Source: a virus (Duplodnaviria > Caudoviricetes). From it: DNA of 64,000 bases. Numbering within the stretch: the first letter of the stretch is position 1; each line of letters begins with the position of its first letter. Location of the stretch: positions 150,258-214,257 of IMG/VR virus record IMGVR_UViG_3300011008_000004. The stretch is one strand, 5' to 3'. The notes under the pieces are model-generated. The model had not been told where the DNA came from. It made no database searches and saw nothing but the letters and a program-made list of their open reading frames with translations. Made by a program: the position numbers and the translations under genes. Positions 34,363 through 45,650 of this stretch are shown here, piece after piece.

Positions 34363-34878
34363 TTAATCCCACCAACCTCTTAAATGTTTTCCTATGTAAG
34401 TATAAGCTTTTTCATAAGCTTTTCGTTCAGCTTTCATAGCTTCTTTATAAGCCTTATATTTCTCTTTTGCTTGATCTTCATTTAAACCATCGTCAAATTT
34501 CCAACACTCAAATCCATTTTCATCAGTATACTTTATAGGCTCAGGGGTTGGATATTTTTCTATATAATTAGTATAAGCGTCCTCTCTTGCGTCTTTGAGT
34601 CTAAGGGCTTCTTTTAATTCATCTATAATTTCTTGTTTGCTTTCTTCAACTTGCCAAACATTCCAACCTAATTCGTAGTAATCTTTCATCTGAGCAATTA
34701 AATTGAATATCAGATCGTCAAGAAAACCCCAATCCCACATACGAAACTCTTTCGCCCACTTAATACGTTCCTTCTTTTGTTTACGCATAAGTTTCTTATA
34801 AGCTCTTTTCTTCAAACGTTCTTCTTTTTTAGACATATTTGCATCTAAATTTAATTGTTGAATTTTAGTGTTTAACAT
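34363..34878 (-). CDS. Conserved phage hypothetical protein
   Basis: WDWGFL...HLRGWWD terminal motif. Confidence 0.55.
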   Translation of the reverse strand: MLNTKIQQLNLDANMSKKEERLKKRAYKKLMRKQKKERIKWAKEFRMWDWGFLDDLIFNLIAQMKDYYELGWNVWQVEESKQEIIDELKEALRLKDAREDAYTNYIEKYPTPEPIKYTDENGFECWKFDDGLNEDQAKEKYKAYKEAMKAERKAYEKAYTYIGKHLRGWWD

Positions 34879-34879
34879 A

Positions 34880-34975
34880 TTACTCACCCAATTTTTTATA
34901 CAAATAATGATTTACAACTTTCAATGTTATAGCGCTTACACTTAAGATACAAGCAATAATTGCTTCTATTAACAT
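34880..34975 (-). CDS. Small single-TM peptide (31 aa)
   Basis: MLIEAIIACILSVSAITLKVV; AGGAG RBS. Confidence 0.4.
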   Translation of the reverse strand: MLIEAIIACILSVSAITLKVVNHYLYKKLGE

Positions 34976-34985
34976 GTTACTCTCC

Positions 34986-35070
34986 TTAATCAAAATTTAT
35001 TAATCTTTCTATGTAGTTTCTACCTTCATTGATAAAGATAGGTATTTTTTTTTAGTAGCATCCAGTTGTG
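34986..35070 (-). pseudogene. Displaced original 3' end of thg1
   Basis: HNW...IPIFINEGRNYIERLINFD*, parallel to the current thg1 tail HHW...IFKEPDIRVMIDNLIFYK*. Confidence 0.55.
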
Positions 35071-35075
35071 TTATG

Positions 35076-36017
35076 TTATACAATCTCAAAATGTTTGTTT
35101 AGAGGAAGGTATTCGCCACTTTTTGCAATCTCTGTCATTAAATATCTTGGAATATTATAATATAATGCACAGTCTTTCAATGTATCAAATACAACATCAT
35201 CTTCAATACATTTGATTCGTTTGGCTTTTGGATTTTTTCCACCAATAAAAGCTGATGAAATCTTTAATTTTTCGCTTATTTTTTGACGTGTTTCATCACT
35301 TTCAACATGTCCTTTTAAACTCTCAGAAATATGCAAAAGCATACTTTTATACGCATCTTCCGTCATAAAATCTTTCACATGTTTACCAAACATAGGATTA
35401 TTCTCACCTTTACGTTTTTCGCTGAGACTATCTTTACGTTCTTGTGACCACTTAGGCAAATGTTTACCTAAGTGCGCTTTTCGTATTTTTTCTCTTTGTG
35501 CTTGAGAAATCTCTTTGCCTTTGTTTGATTCACTTATTTTTCTCTTAGTTTCCTGTGAATGTTGTAATGTTCCATTTTTTCGCTTAGTATTTAACATTTT
35601 GTTTATTTGCTGTTTTGAGAGCTTTCTTCCTGTATTTAACTCGCTACTTCTGCTTATTGCGAGCAGTTTTCCAGCCTCATACTCCTCAGGTGTAACATTT
35701 CTTCCTCTACCATCTGTACATAATCGCCAATATGCAAAATCTAAACGTGAATCATTAAATATTTGAGTTAAGTAAAAGTGCGCTAATAAATGTTCTCTCG
35801 CAGTCAATAATACAATATTAGTCGAAAGTTTTTCATACTCTTTAAATAAGCACCTTGGCAAAATATGATGCGCTTCATAATAAATATAATCTACATTATT
35901 ATGAGGTAACTTAACCCTATTTTGAGCAATAGCAGTCTCTATTAACTCAATATAATTATAGTAATTTTCAGTTATAATTGCATTTTCTTCTAGTTTTAGT
36001 TTAATGATTTCATTCAT
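35076..36017 (-). CDS. HNH homing endonuclease with NUMOD3 repeats
   Basis: YEAHHILPR...NIVLLTAREHLLAH; HSQETKRKISES-type repeats; GENNPMFGK. Confidence 0.85.
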   Translation of the reverse strand: MNEIIKLKLEENAIITENYYNYIELIETAIAQNRVKLPHNNVDYIYYEAHHILPRCLFKEYEKLSTNIVLLTAREHLLAHFYLTQIFNDSRLDFAYWRLCTDGRGRNVTPEEYEAGKLLAISRSSELNTGRKLSKQQINKMLNTKRKNGTLQHSQETKRKISESNKGKEISQAQREKIRKAHLGKHLPKWSQERKDSLSEKRKGENNPMFGKHVKDFMTEDAYKSMLLHISESLKGHVESDETRQKISEKLKISSAFIGGKNPKAKRIKCIEDDVVFDTLKDCALYYNIPRYLMTEIAKSGEYLPLNKHFEIV

Positions 36018-36107
36018 ATTTTTATCTAATAGCTCCTTATTAGCATCTAGCTGTCTTCATATAATTTAGCTATTAAATAACGCTACTTCTAATAAAATTA
36101 TTTCGAA

Positions 36108-36908
36108 TTATTTATAAAATATAAGATTGTCGATCATCACTCGGATATCTGGCTCTTTAAAAATCAACTCAATGTATTGCCAGTGATGTGACTGCGCGTC
36201 TTTGACGCAGCTGATTCCGAATCTTTTCACAAAATCAAACTCATCAAAAATTATATCTTTACTAGTTAGTAGGTCTTTTACTTCTTGCTGTGATTTTTTC
36301 TGTAGCTGTTTTTGACCAAAATAAAATTGACCGACAGAATTTACTGCATTTCGATAGCAATCTACTTGTCTATAAATTAGTGCATTTACAACTTCTTCTT
36401 TAGGCACATTAAAACATCTTGCATCAAACATTGCGCCCTTTTTAGCAGCAATATCATATATGTCTAAAAGTTTCATATAATCTTTAGTATAAATAGATGA
36501 ATGAAATACCGGATCAGCGTCATTTATTAAATCTTCTACTTCTTTACTAAAATATTGATTGAATTTCATTGTCGCCATACTCGCAGCAATGGAACAAATT
36601 TTTTGTACTTCATAATTAAAGAAAGCATCTGTAGTTAATTCTTTATAATCTTGTAAAACTAAAGTAATTTCGTCAGATTGAGTATAACCTAAAACACAAC
36701 CCTGAATATTCTCACAAAGATACTTCATAGTCTCTTGCATAGATTTCATTAAAAGCTTATCAAAAGGTTTCACAAAATGTTTTGTAAATGTATGAAATGA
36801 TTTCCCATCAATTCTAATAATTACAGGCATTCTACGAACAAGCTTGGTTTTAGCTCTTTCTTCATAATTTTCTTTTATTCTTTTTCCTAATTCATCATTT
36901 ACTGGCAT
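36108..36908 (-). CDS. thg1: tRNA-His guanylyltransferase (Thg1-like)
   Basis: RIDGKSFHTFT, YTQSDEI and FDAR motifs; start corrected to MPVNDELG. Confidence 0.9.
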   Translation of the reverse strand: MPVNDELGKRIKENYEERAKTKLVRRMPVIIRIDGKSFHTFTKHFVKPFDKLLMKSMQETMKYLCENIQGCVLGYTQSDEITLVLQDYKELTTDAFFNYEVQKICSIAASMATMKFNQYFSKEVEDLINDADPVFHSSIYTKDYMKLLDIYDIAAKKGAMFDARCFNVPKEEVVNALIYRQVDCYRNAVNSVGQFYFGQKQLQKKSQQEVKDLLTSKDIIFDEFDFVKRFGISCVKDAQSHHWQYIELIFKEPDIRVMIDNLIFYK

Positions 36909-36909
36909 C

Positions 36910-38310
36910 TTATAACTCCTTATAAATTGTTTCAGCAGTCCAAAATCCTGATATAGCACTTTGCATTATGCCGTGTGTTACACCGCTACCATCACCTAAG
37001 AAAAATATTCCTGGATAATCTTCAACTTCAAATTGATTATTTACGTCTATTTTTGAAGAATAGAATTTTATCTCTGGTGAATATAATATAGTTTGATTGC
37101 CATTTATTCCTGGAATAATATTGTCCATTTTCTCTAGCCATTCTAAAATAGAATCTAAAATGTTAGAAGGTAATACATATCTTAAGTCTCCAGGTTCAGC
37201 ATCACTTAATGTAGGTTTAAACACTAAGCGCTTCATTCTATCAATTGTGCTTCTTTTATGTATTTTAAGGTCTGTAAGTCTTTGTACCATTATATTCCCA
37301 TTAGCTAACATATTTGATAGCTTACAAATACTCTTGCCATATTCTATAGGTTGATCGAATGGTTCTGTGAATTTGGTAGATACTAATAATGCAAAATTCG
37401 TAGCATTACTATCATTGGTGGAATATGAGTGACCATTTACACAAACTATCTCGTCTTGATAGTTTTCTTGTACAACGTGCCCACCAGGGTTTACACAAAA
37501 ACTTCTTGTTTTATTTCCTGTACTGGACCAGTTTGTAATCTTAAATTCATATAGTTCTTTTGTTATAGGATCAGTTATTGCTGCAGGACACTCTACTCTT
37601 ACACCAACATCAATTGAATCGTTTATTAAATTTACATTTTGTTTTTTACATTCATTTCTAAGCCATTCTGACCCATATCTACCAACTGCAAAAGAAATAA
37701 ACTTACCCTTAAATGATAATCTTGCAGAAGAAGAATAAGGTGATTTTGCTGTAATTTCATGATTTTTAAAATCAGTATATTCTACGCTACAATTAAATAA
37801 TAACTCAACATTTGGATAACTTTCAAAATATTCTTGAATTTTAAGCATTACATCATAAGTGCCATCAGTTCCCAAATGTCTTATCTTATTTTTAGTTAGT
37901 TTAAGACCGTATTGTGAACACTTATAATTCAACTCATTAGCGAATTGTTCATTATAATTATAAGTTTCTTTCCCGCCAAAGTCAGTAAACATTTTATCAG
38001 CTTTGTCTAATAATCTATAAAAGTTATCTTCACCAATATAGTCTATAACATTGCCGCCTACTTCAGGTGAATAACTTAACTTACAATCTGAAAAACTTCC
38101 AGCTCCAGCGAAACCAGTAGTTATTTGACAAGATGGCTTACAATCTACACACTTGCCAATTTTACTTTTAGGACAACTTCTATTTTTAATAGAATTACCT
38201 TTTTCAATTATTAAAATTTTCGCATTAGGTAATGTTTCTAATACGCCTAACGTAAGAGCGATGTTAGCTATACCAGCTCCTACACAAATCAAATCATAAC
38301 TATTATTCAT
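36910..38310 (-). CDS. FAD-dependent oxidoreductase
   Basis: VGAGIAN Rossmann motif, GFAGAGSFSD, GDGSGVTHGI. Confidence 0.8.
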   Translation of the reverse strand: MNNSYDLICVGAGIANIALTLGVLETLPNAKILIIEKGNSIKNRSCPKSKIGKCVDCKPSCQITTGFAGAGSFSDCKLSYSPEVGGNVIDYIGEDNFYRLLDKADKMFTDFGGKETYNYNEQFANELNYKCSQYGLKLTKNKIRHLGTDGTYDVMLKIQEYFESYPNVELLFNCSVEYTDFKNHEITAKSPYSSSARLSFKGKFISFAVGRYGSEWLRNECKKQNVNLINDSIDVGVRVECPAAITDPITKELYEFKITNWSSTGNKTRSFCVNPGGHVVQENYQDEIVCVNGHSYSTNDSNATNFALLVSTKFTEPFDQPIEYGKSICKLSNMLANGNIMVQRLTDLKIHKRSTIDRMKRLVFKPTLSDAEPGDLRYVLPSNILDSILEWLEKMDNIIPGINGNQTILYSPEIKFYSSKIDVNNQFEVEDYPGIFFLGDGSGVTHGIMQSAISGFWTAETIYKEL

Positions 38311-38316
38311 ACTTAA

Positions 38317-39555
38317 TTATACAATTTCTAAATTCAATTTATTTACAAAGTTTATTAAAGCTTCTTTATTATTACTGTCTGGAAATTCCCATACATATTC
38401 TTGAACTTTTTTAAGAATATCACCAACAGCTTTACCGCTGTAACCTAAATCTATAATATCACTACCAGAAATAGCCAAATCTGAGATGAGTATAGGATCG
38501 TCATCGTCTATAGCTTTTAATAGTATATATCTCTGATCTTCAGATGTAAACTTTAAACTTTCAAATATAGCGTCTCTTTCACTAACTAATTTGCATTTTT
38601 CTAAAATAGCTTTAAGCATAAAACCTGATTCTTTCTTTAATAGTTCTTCTGCAAAGTAAATATGTTCTAAACTATCTATAAAATCATTACCAAAAGCAAA
38701 AGAATTTAAAAATTCACGACAATTATGAGTGAGTTTATAATTTTCAAAATATAAACATCTTCGTAAATCGTAGTAAGCTCTGCTCATAAAGTTTATACCT
38801 CGTGTTAAATCAGCTGTTTTATCCCAAGAATATATTGAAGTTACAAATAAATGACTAATAATATTCTCTAAAACTGTTATAAATTTGCTATCATCTATAT
38901 ACTGACAGCTCCAAATTTGCATTAATTCAGAGCCTATTCTTTCTTTAGATACATTATCTATTAAAGAATATAGTTTATTCATTGCTTTATACGTATCATT
39001 ATCAATTCTAAAATTAAATCTACAAGCAAATCTTAAAGCTCTTAAAATTCTTAATGAATCTTCTGTAAATCTATCAATTGGATTTCCTACAGTTCTAATT
39101 TTCTTAAGTAATAAATCTCTTTTACCTTCAAATAAATCTATCAAACCATCTTTAGGATTCCAAGCCATAGCATTTATAGTAAAATCTCTACGACTTAAAT
39201 CATCTTTAATGTAAGTTCCAAATGTAACGTTATCAGGTCTACGACCATCTCCATAAGTTCCATCTGAACGATAGGTTGTAATTTCATACAATTCATTACC
39301 AAACTTAAATGTCATTGTGCCATACTTTTCTCCAGTAGGTATAATCTCACAATCATAAACTTTACTGGCTTCTTCGCATATTTTCTTCATTTGTTCAGGG
39401 GTAGCATTTGTAGTAAAGTCGTAATCATGTGGGGTATTTGACATAAGTAAATCTCTAACGCATCCTCCTACTAAAGATAGTTCATAATTAAAACAATCAA
39501 ATATATCAAATAGAATTCTTATGTTATTAGGTAAATTTTCAAAACTAATTTTCAT
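38317..39555 (-). CDS. cca: CCA-adding tRNA nucleotidyltransferase (class II)
   Basis: VGGCVRD, DYD, DLSRRDFTINAMA, RFTEDSLRILRALRF. Confidence 0.9.
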   Translation of the reverse strand: MKISFENLPNNIRILFDIFDCFNYELSLVGGCVRDLLMSNTPHDYDFTTNATPEQMKKICEEASKVYDCEIIPTGEKYGTMTFKFGNELYEITTYRSDGTYGDGRRPDNVTFGTYIKDDLSRRDFTINAMAWNPKDGLIDLFEGKRDLLLKKIRTVGNPIDRFTEDSLRILRALRFACRFNFRIDNDTYKAMNKLYSLIDNVSKERIGSELMQIWSCQYIDDSKFITVLENIISHLFVTSIYSWDKTADLTRGINFMSRAYYDLRRCLYFENYKLTHNCREFLNSFAFGNDFIDSLEHIYFAEELLKKESGFMLKAILEKCKLVSERDAIFESLKFTSEDQRYILLKAIDDDDPILISDLAISGSDIIDLGYSGKAVGDILKKVQEYVWEFPDSNNKEALINFVNKLNLEIV

Positions 39556-40001
39556 AAATTAAATGTAATTTCCTGTAAAATCTTTTTTGAATTAGAAATA
39601 ATTTTATAATCATCATATTTCACAATTTCAGCGCTATTTAAATCTAGCTGTATGCAATGATCTATTATATCTATTGCTTTTTGTTTGCTATCAACGCCAT
39701 GGGTTTGCGTTATAAACTCAATGTCATTACTAATGGTAGTTTTATACACAACTATTTCGCCCATAAGCACTTTAATGATATACGTAGAAAAAAGATTTGG
39801 TGGAGTACTTATCTCTATGTTTAATCTTAATTTGAACGTTTTACATAAGATAAAACATATCATAGTAAACGCTAAGTCATAAGTACCGAATTCATTATTA
39901 AAAATATTATGAATTATTTGCACAATGTCAGATATATGTTCTACACTGTTTATTTCATTTGTATATTTATTTAATACTGTTTGAATTTTTGAATACGTCA
40001 T
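39552..40001 (-). CDS. Hypothetical protein
   Basis: Intact ORF. Confidence 0.5.
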   Translation of the reverse strand: MTYSKIQTVLNKYTNEINSVEHISDIVQIIHNIFNNEFGTYDLAFTMICFILCKTFKLRLNIEISTPPNLFSTYIIKVLMGEIVVYKTTISNDIEFITQTHGVDSKQKAIDIIDHCIQLDLNSAEIVKYDDYKIISNSKKILQEITFNL

Positions 40002-40003
40002 AG

Positions 40004-40639
40004 TTATGCTAACTTTATTGTTGTAGTTTCAAAATTTAACATACTTTCTAAATTTGTGATATCTGTATCATTACCGAACGTTTCTAAATACAAATTCTTG
40101 AGAGCATCTGATATCATGTTAGGTCCTACTGACATAACTGGATTTATGTGTAAATTTGATTGAGTGTGAAATACATGCATTACATCAGGGACATACTCTA
40201 CTGCATCTTTCTCTATTTTATCATTAGACAAATAAAGCATATCGCTATTTATATTGTATTGCACACTTACTCTGTAACCCTTCGCTATAGCGACTATAAT
40301 CTTTGCAAACATCACGATTTCAGATGAAAATGCGCTTCCTGCTTGCAATTGCATATGAGTACAAAAATCTTTAAAAGATTTATTATCATGTATACTATTT
40401 ATAGAAGGCTGAAACATAGTTAATAATGATTCAAGATTATCTAAATTTTTCTCTTGTGTATCAAGATTGCGCTTGTTCCACGCGCCACTTGCGTAGTAGC
40501 CACTCGCTGTTGAATAACCACTTGTAGCATTAGAAGTTCCAACGGCTACACTACAGCTTCCTGACGCTGTAGGTATAGGATATATAGTCACTTTAGCGTT
40601 GAATCTATTTTTTAGTAGATTCATATAGTTTGAATTCAT
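40004..40639 (-). CDS. Hypothetical protein
   Basis: Intact ORF with GGAG RBS. Confidence 0.55.
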   Translation of the reverse strand: MNSNYMNLLKNRFNAKVTIYPIPTASGSCSVAVGTSNATSGYSTASGYYASGAWNKRNLDTQEKNLDNLESLLTMFQPSINSIHDNKSFKDFCTHMQLQAGSAFSSEIVMFAKIIVAIAKGYRVSVQYNINSDMLYLSNDKIEKDAVEYVPDVMHVFHTQSNLHINPVMSVGPNMISDALKNLYLETFGNDTDITNLESMLNFETTTIKLA

Positions 40640-40671
40640 AATATTTCTCCAAAATACTTATTTTCAATTGA

Positions 40672-40700
40672 ATTATAACATGTTTCATTATATATGTCAA
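40672..40700 (-). promoter_or_regulatory. Consensus sigma70/sigmaA promoter
   Basis: TTGACA-17-TATAAT with extended TG. Confidence 0.8.
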
Positions 40701-40769
40701 CTAAAATCTATACATAAAAAAAAACTCACTACATTTAAGTAGTAAGTTTTTAATATATTGTTTATGAAA

Positions 40770-41468
40770 TTAGCACCATTTATCAATAGCTTCTTTTAAA
40801 GCTTCTACGGTTAAATCATTAGAAATATTTTGATCTCTTCTTTGTTTTAACAAATCAAGTAAACCATCATCTCTAAATTTTTTAAAAATTAGATTACCTT
40901 CACCGAATTCACCATCTTTAATCAAAGATTCTTTTCTTATTAAATATAACTTATTTATGAAGTCTTCGCATTCATAATCTTCTAAATGACTATATTCATT
41001 TAAAAGTTTTTTATATTCTTCAGAATCTTCTAAATTAGTAACTTCTGGTTCATCTATTTCTTGTGGGAATTTAATCCAATCATTTTTATTCAATGAATAA
41101 ACACCATTAGTTATTGAGCTAGAATCAACATCTTCAACATATAATTCTACAGGCAAACCTTTACATGTTATATCATATTTAGCATTAAAAGTTGCTTTAA
41201 AATAATTATATAATAATTGTAAAACATCTGGATCTTCAGATGATTCTTTTACATTAGCTATTATATGAATATCTATATCACTTGTAGGTTTATAATTATA
41301 TGAAGCATTAGATCCAACAATCCAGCAATCTAAAACATTTATCGGTATGTTAGATTCTTTTAACTCAGAAATAAACTTATCAGTTACTCTCCTGAGGCCT
41401 TCTAAGACCTCAGGTTTTAACTTATTCTATTCATTAAATAATTTATTATTGAGTGTATTTTTTATCAT
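40770..41468 (-). CDS. Pol-beta-like nucleotidyltransferase (TAG-recoded)
   Basis: VGSNASYNY...SDIDIH in the extension upstream of the track ORF; PVELYVE. Confidence 0.75.
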
Positions 41469-41476
41469 ATCTACAA

Positions 41477-42790
41477 TTAAGATTTAAGACCTTTTAATAT
41501 GTCTTGAACTTTTTCAAAGTTTGTTTTTTCTTTCTTAAATACTTCTGAATCAGTGCCACCCTTTAAAGCGTCATTAGCTTTATCATCAATGTCAACATAA
41601 TTTTGAAGAATTCTATCAATCATATTATACTTTAAGTTATTAGAATTCTTTTTCCAATTATTTAAGAAATCGTCTTTTGTTCCATCACTATTGTTTATAG
41701 CTTGTTCAAAAGATCTATAATCAAGAGGTAACTTATTCCATCCCGGTGTATCGTGATTCTTATCTCTTTGTTTTTCGTCATCAAATTCAAATTCTTTTGA
41801 AGATAATATTGCATCAGTTAAAGCCATTCTACCTTCAATTTCTTTCTTTTCTTCTTCAGTATCAGCCACAGCTAATTCATCTTTTAAGTTGCCTAAAAGG
41901 TGTCTCTTAAATACATTCTTCTAAGCTATAACGTTTACATGAGAAAATCTTGTATTTTCAGCGTCATCCATTTCATCTGTATTATATCTGCCATTAGGAG
42001 GATTGATTGCAGCGATCGTGAATAAGAAGTTAGGTAAGAATCTATTACCTGAAGCATGTCTATTATCAGGGATTATGTGGTTATTTATAAGTTCCATAAG
42101 AGGTGTTCTTACTTCAGCTCTTGCACGATTATATTCATCTAAGAATAAAACTGAATTTGGTTTATCTAGTGAATCAAAGTCATCAGTTGTAAGTCTTTGA
42201 GCTACACCTTTATTTTCTGTATCAGGAGACATTGCGCCACCTAAATCAGTTTCATCCATTGTAGCACATTTCTTACTTACTAAGTTGATGCCATTCTTTC
42301 TAGCCCAATCAGTAACCATACCTGTTTTACCTAAACCGCCTTCACCAATAAGAAGAACGTTAGGATATTGTCTCTTAAGAGCTTTACCTTGAATAAATTT
42401 GGCTCTCTTTAAAGCTCTATCTAATTCTAATTCAACTATGCCCTTATCTTCTTCGTCTTCAGCTTTTACAGGTTCAGCATTTATTTTTTCAGCTTCATCA
42501 CCGATAGTAGCTTCTGTTAACTATTGCTTTGCTACGCCTAATTCTTCTTTTAATGCTTCCATGAATTGTTCTTTATCCCAACAATTGAAGCAACATGCTC
42601 TATCAACAGCCCAATCATTGAGATTGTTTATATCAATTTCAGCGTCATCATCTAATACAGCATATTTTCTATAGGCATCACATTTAGGAGTTTCTACACA
42701 AACTACAACTTCTGCTTCTTCATTAATAGAAGCTTTTTCTGTAGTAACGTCTTCCTCTATAGGAGCAAATAAATTTTCATCTAATCTCAT
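41477..42790 (-). CDS. MoxR/AAA_5-type ATPase with acidic N-terminal extension
   Basis: Three track ORFs join across TAGs 42521 and 41921; GEGGLGKT, LFLDEYNRA, AAINP. Confidence 0.85.
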
Positions 42791-42876
42791 ATTAAATCAT
42801 TTCCTTGATTGTTTTTCATCAATTATATTTATTTTAGCTTGTTTTTAATATATTTATATCATTTACGATAGTTTTG

Positions 42877-43335
42877 TCAACGATAACGCTTAATGATAAA
42901 ATCTTTATCGAATGTAAAATTCTTAGATATCATTGTCTATAGATCTGAAGGTAATCCTAAACCAAAATCTAAATAGTCTTCAAACATTGCTTGTATATAC
43001 AATTTAGGATTAGATCTATAATCTTCTAAATTTTCTTCATCTAAATCCCAGCTATCAAACAAGTCATATACATCATCTGAATAGTTTTTATATTGTAATC
43101 CAATTGTGTAAGAGTGTCTATTTTTAGGACTTCTTGCAACCACATCTAAGTTATCATCTACTAAAGATAGTACTAAAGCAATTATAAAGAAATCTTCATT
43201 TTCTTTACATCTATCTATAAAAGCAACAGGATTATTATCTAATAAATTAAATACATCTATATCCAATTCACTTAACTATGCTTTATGTTTATCTATGAAT
43301 TCTTTAGTTTTTTCATCAAACTCAATTTCTTGCAT
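42877..43335 (-). CDS. Hypothetical protein (paralogue family B)
   Basis: TAG read-through at both ends of the track ORF; IALVLSLVD core. Confidence 0.55.
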
Positions 43336-43948
43336 AAATTTTCTCACCATCAGAACATATAATCTTAGATATATTATTATGATCACACAAACCAATATCT
43401 ATATCATTGTATAACCAGTCGTGCATAGTTCCACCAAATGTAATATTTAGTAAATCATAATCCCCAGCAAAGGCGCCTTGTTTTATAGTAACCTTAGGTC
43501 CAGCAATATTAAAATCTTCTAAACTTTCACAACTTTCAAAACAGTTTTCATATAAACATGTTTCAGGTGATTTTATAATAACTCTTTTTAGATTATTACA
43601 GCGCATAAATGCTTCAGTCTCTATAAACTTCACATTTTCACCTATAACAATAGATTCTACTGAACTATTCTCAAAAGCTCCAGCGCCTATACGTGTAAAT
43701 TTAGACCCAATGTTAATATCTTTAATGTCTTTATTATTATAAAAATAATTACTAGGAACTTTAGTCACGTAATCTATAGGACTAATTCCTGCTTCATTAA
43801 AGATTTTAGTTATATAGGCTATATTCTCTTTAAACATACACATAGAAGCTTCAAGATACACATCTTCAAAATGTTCTTGATTTATAAGTTTCTATATATT
43901 TTCTCTATTTAAGAATTCTTTTATAGCTTCTATGTTAACTTCTCTCAT
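43322..43948 (-). CDS. BspA-type leucine-rich-repeat protein
   Basis: IGAGAFENS / IETEAFMRCNNLKRVII repeats; ends ICSDG. Confidence 0.8.
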
Positions 43949-45516
43949 ATAGAATATACCTTAGTTAATTTCTCACCTTTTAAACGAGCCACCATATCTG
44001 GTGCATCACTTTCATAGAATAAATACCAAACAGCACCAGGTACTGTCGCTGAATCACTGCCATAATTAGCATCACTATCAGTTATAATTATAACATTATC
44101 AGGTTTAGTTCCTCTAATGTGTTCTATAACTGGATCACTATCCATGCCTCCGCCTTGTCTTTCAGCAGTCGCTCTATCGTCATAAACGTGTGTAGATGCA
44201 TAGTATAAATTTATTTTTAATTTACCTTGTCTAACGTATTGATTTAATGTTGCGATTGCTCTTTCAGCGCTAGCTGTTTTTTCAGGTCTACCAGCGAATG
44301 AGCCAGATCTATCAAAATAAACGTTTATAACAGGAATTTTACTAGTAGATCTACTAGATATACCTCTTTTAATTATACCTGTACTTATAGCATTTTTATT
44401 GAACTTCTTCCAAGTTCCGCCTCTATTGTAAGCAATTTCTTTTTTAATAAAATTGTCTAATGAAATTCTAAAATTATTTATAGGATCTTTTCTATATCTT
44501 TCAGCATCCTTAGCTGCTTTAGCTAATTTTTCTTTATCTATATTTCTTTCAACTTCTCTTTCTAAATCAATTAGCTTAGAAGCATCATGAATTATTTTAT
44601 CTATTTTTTCTTTTCTTTCTCTAATCTTTCTTTCTTTATCAACTTCTTTCTGATCTTTGAAAACTTGGCCGCCATTTTCATTGCCAATTTCACCGTCATT
44701 ACTTTGACTTGATTCTTTATCTTTCAAATCTTTAGCAGCTTCAGCAGCTTTATCAGCAGCTTCTTTAGCTTTCTCAGCTTGCTTTTTCTTTTCTTCTGCC
44801 TCCTTCTCTCCAGCTTTATCACCTGCTTGTTTAGCCTCTTCAGCTTCTTTCTCAGCTTGATCTATCATCTCACCTGCATCATTCGAAACAGCATTAGCTT
44901 GTCTTTCAAGTTCTTCAGCATCTTGAATACTTGGATCGCCTTTATCACCAATTCTCGGTTTACCAAAACCTGGCATATTCTGTAAAGCTTGTTGAATATT
45001 ATTTAAATCATCTTTATGTTCGTCGATTAGTTTATCATACATTTCTTCATATGTAAGAGTTTCCCAGCCAGGTCTATCTAATTCCGTAACTAAACCTTTC
45101 AAAATATCATCATTTAGCATAATATTTCTAACAGTTATTTTATCAGCGTCAGTATAACCTTTATTAGATATTTCCCAGTCAGCAGCCATATTTGAAAGTT
45201 CAGGATTACCGATACGACCCTCTTTGCCAAATAGATCTCTAAATTTCTTTTTCTCAAAAGCTTCGCCACGAGGACCATGTGTTAAATATTCATGTAAAAT
45301 CTCATGTCTAACAATAGTAGACACTTGATCCATATTTAAACCTCTATTAAGAACTATTCTAGCTCTACCAGGCTCCATATAACCAACTACTTTTGGATCA
45401 GTTGTTAAATTTACATCAAATAAATCTAATAAACGCGCATAGGTTGGATAACCTTGCTTATTTAATACTCTTATAATTTGATTTTTAGCTGTTAGCTCTA
45501 TAGCTGTCATTGCCAT
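43945..45516 (-). CDS. HExxH metallopeptidase-like plus vWA domain protein (DUF2201-like), partner of the AAA ATPase
   Basis: HEILH; coiled-coil linker; DRSGS MIDAS motif and IITD. Confidence 0.8.
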   Translation of the reverse strand: MAMTAIELTAKNQIIRVLNKQGYPTYARLLDLFDVNLTTDPKVVGYMEPGRARIVLNRGLNMDQVSTIVRHEILHEYLTHGPRGEAFEKKKFRDLFGKEGRIGNPELSNMAADWEISNKGYTDADKITVRNIMLNDDILKGLVTELDRPGWETLTYEEMYDKLIDEHKDDLNNIQQALQNMPGFGKPRIGDKGDPSIQDAEELERQANAVSNDAGEMIDQAEKEAEEAKQAGDKAGEKEAEEKKKQAEKAKEAADKAAEAAKDLKDKESSQSNDGEIGNENGGQVFKDQKEVDKERKIRERKEKIDKIIHDASKLIDLEREVERNIDKEKLAKAAKDAERYRKDPINNFRISLDNFIKKEIAYNRGGTWKKFNKNAISTGIIKRGISSRSTSKIPVINVYFDRSGSFAGRPEKTASAERAIATLNQYVRQGKLKINLYYASTHVYDDRATAERQGGGMDSDPVIEHIRGTKPDNVIIITDSDANYGSDSATVPGAVWYLFYESDAPDMVARLKGEKLTKVYSI

Positions 45517-45542
45517 ATAATACTTACCTCTAATATTTCTTT

Positions 45543-45640
45543 ATGAACTACCAATAGCTAAAGCAATCGGCTTCCTGCTCAAGTGTGCTATTGCACACAG
45601 TATCAACAGGCTAACCAGGCAGTTCCTGCCTTTAATAAAA
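45543..45640 (-). ncRNA. Putative TnpB omega/reRNA scaffold
   Basis: Hairpins GGCAG/CTGCC and GTGTGCAATAGCACAC plus right-end stem ending TTCA, directly 3' of tnpB. Confidence 0.6.
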
Positions 45641-45650
45641 CATATAATTT

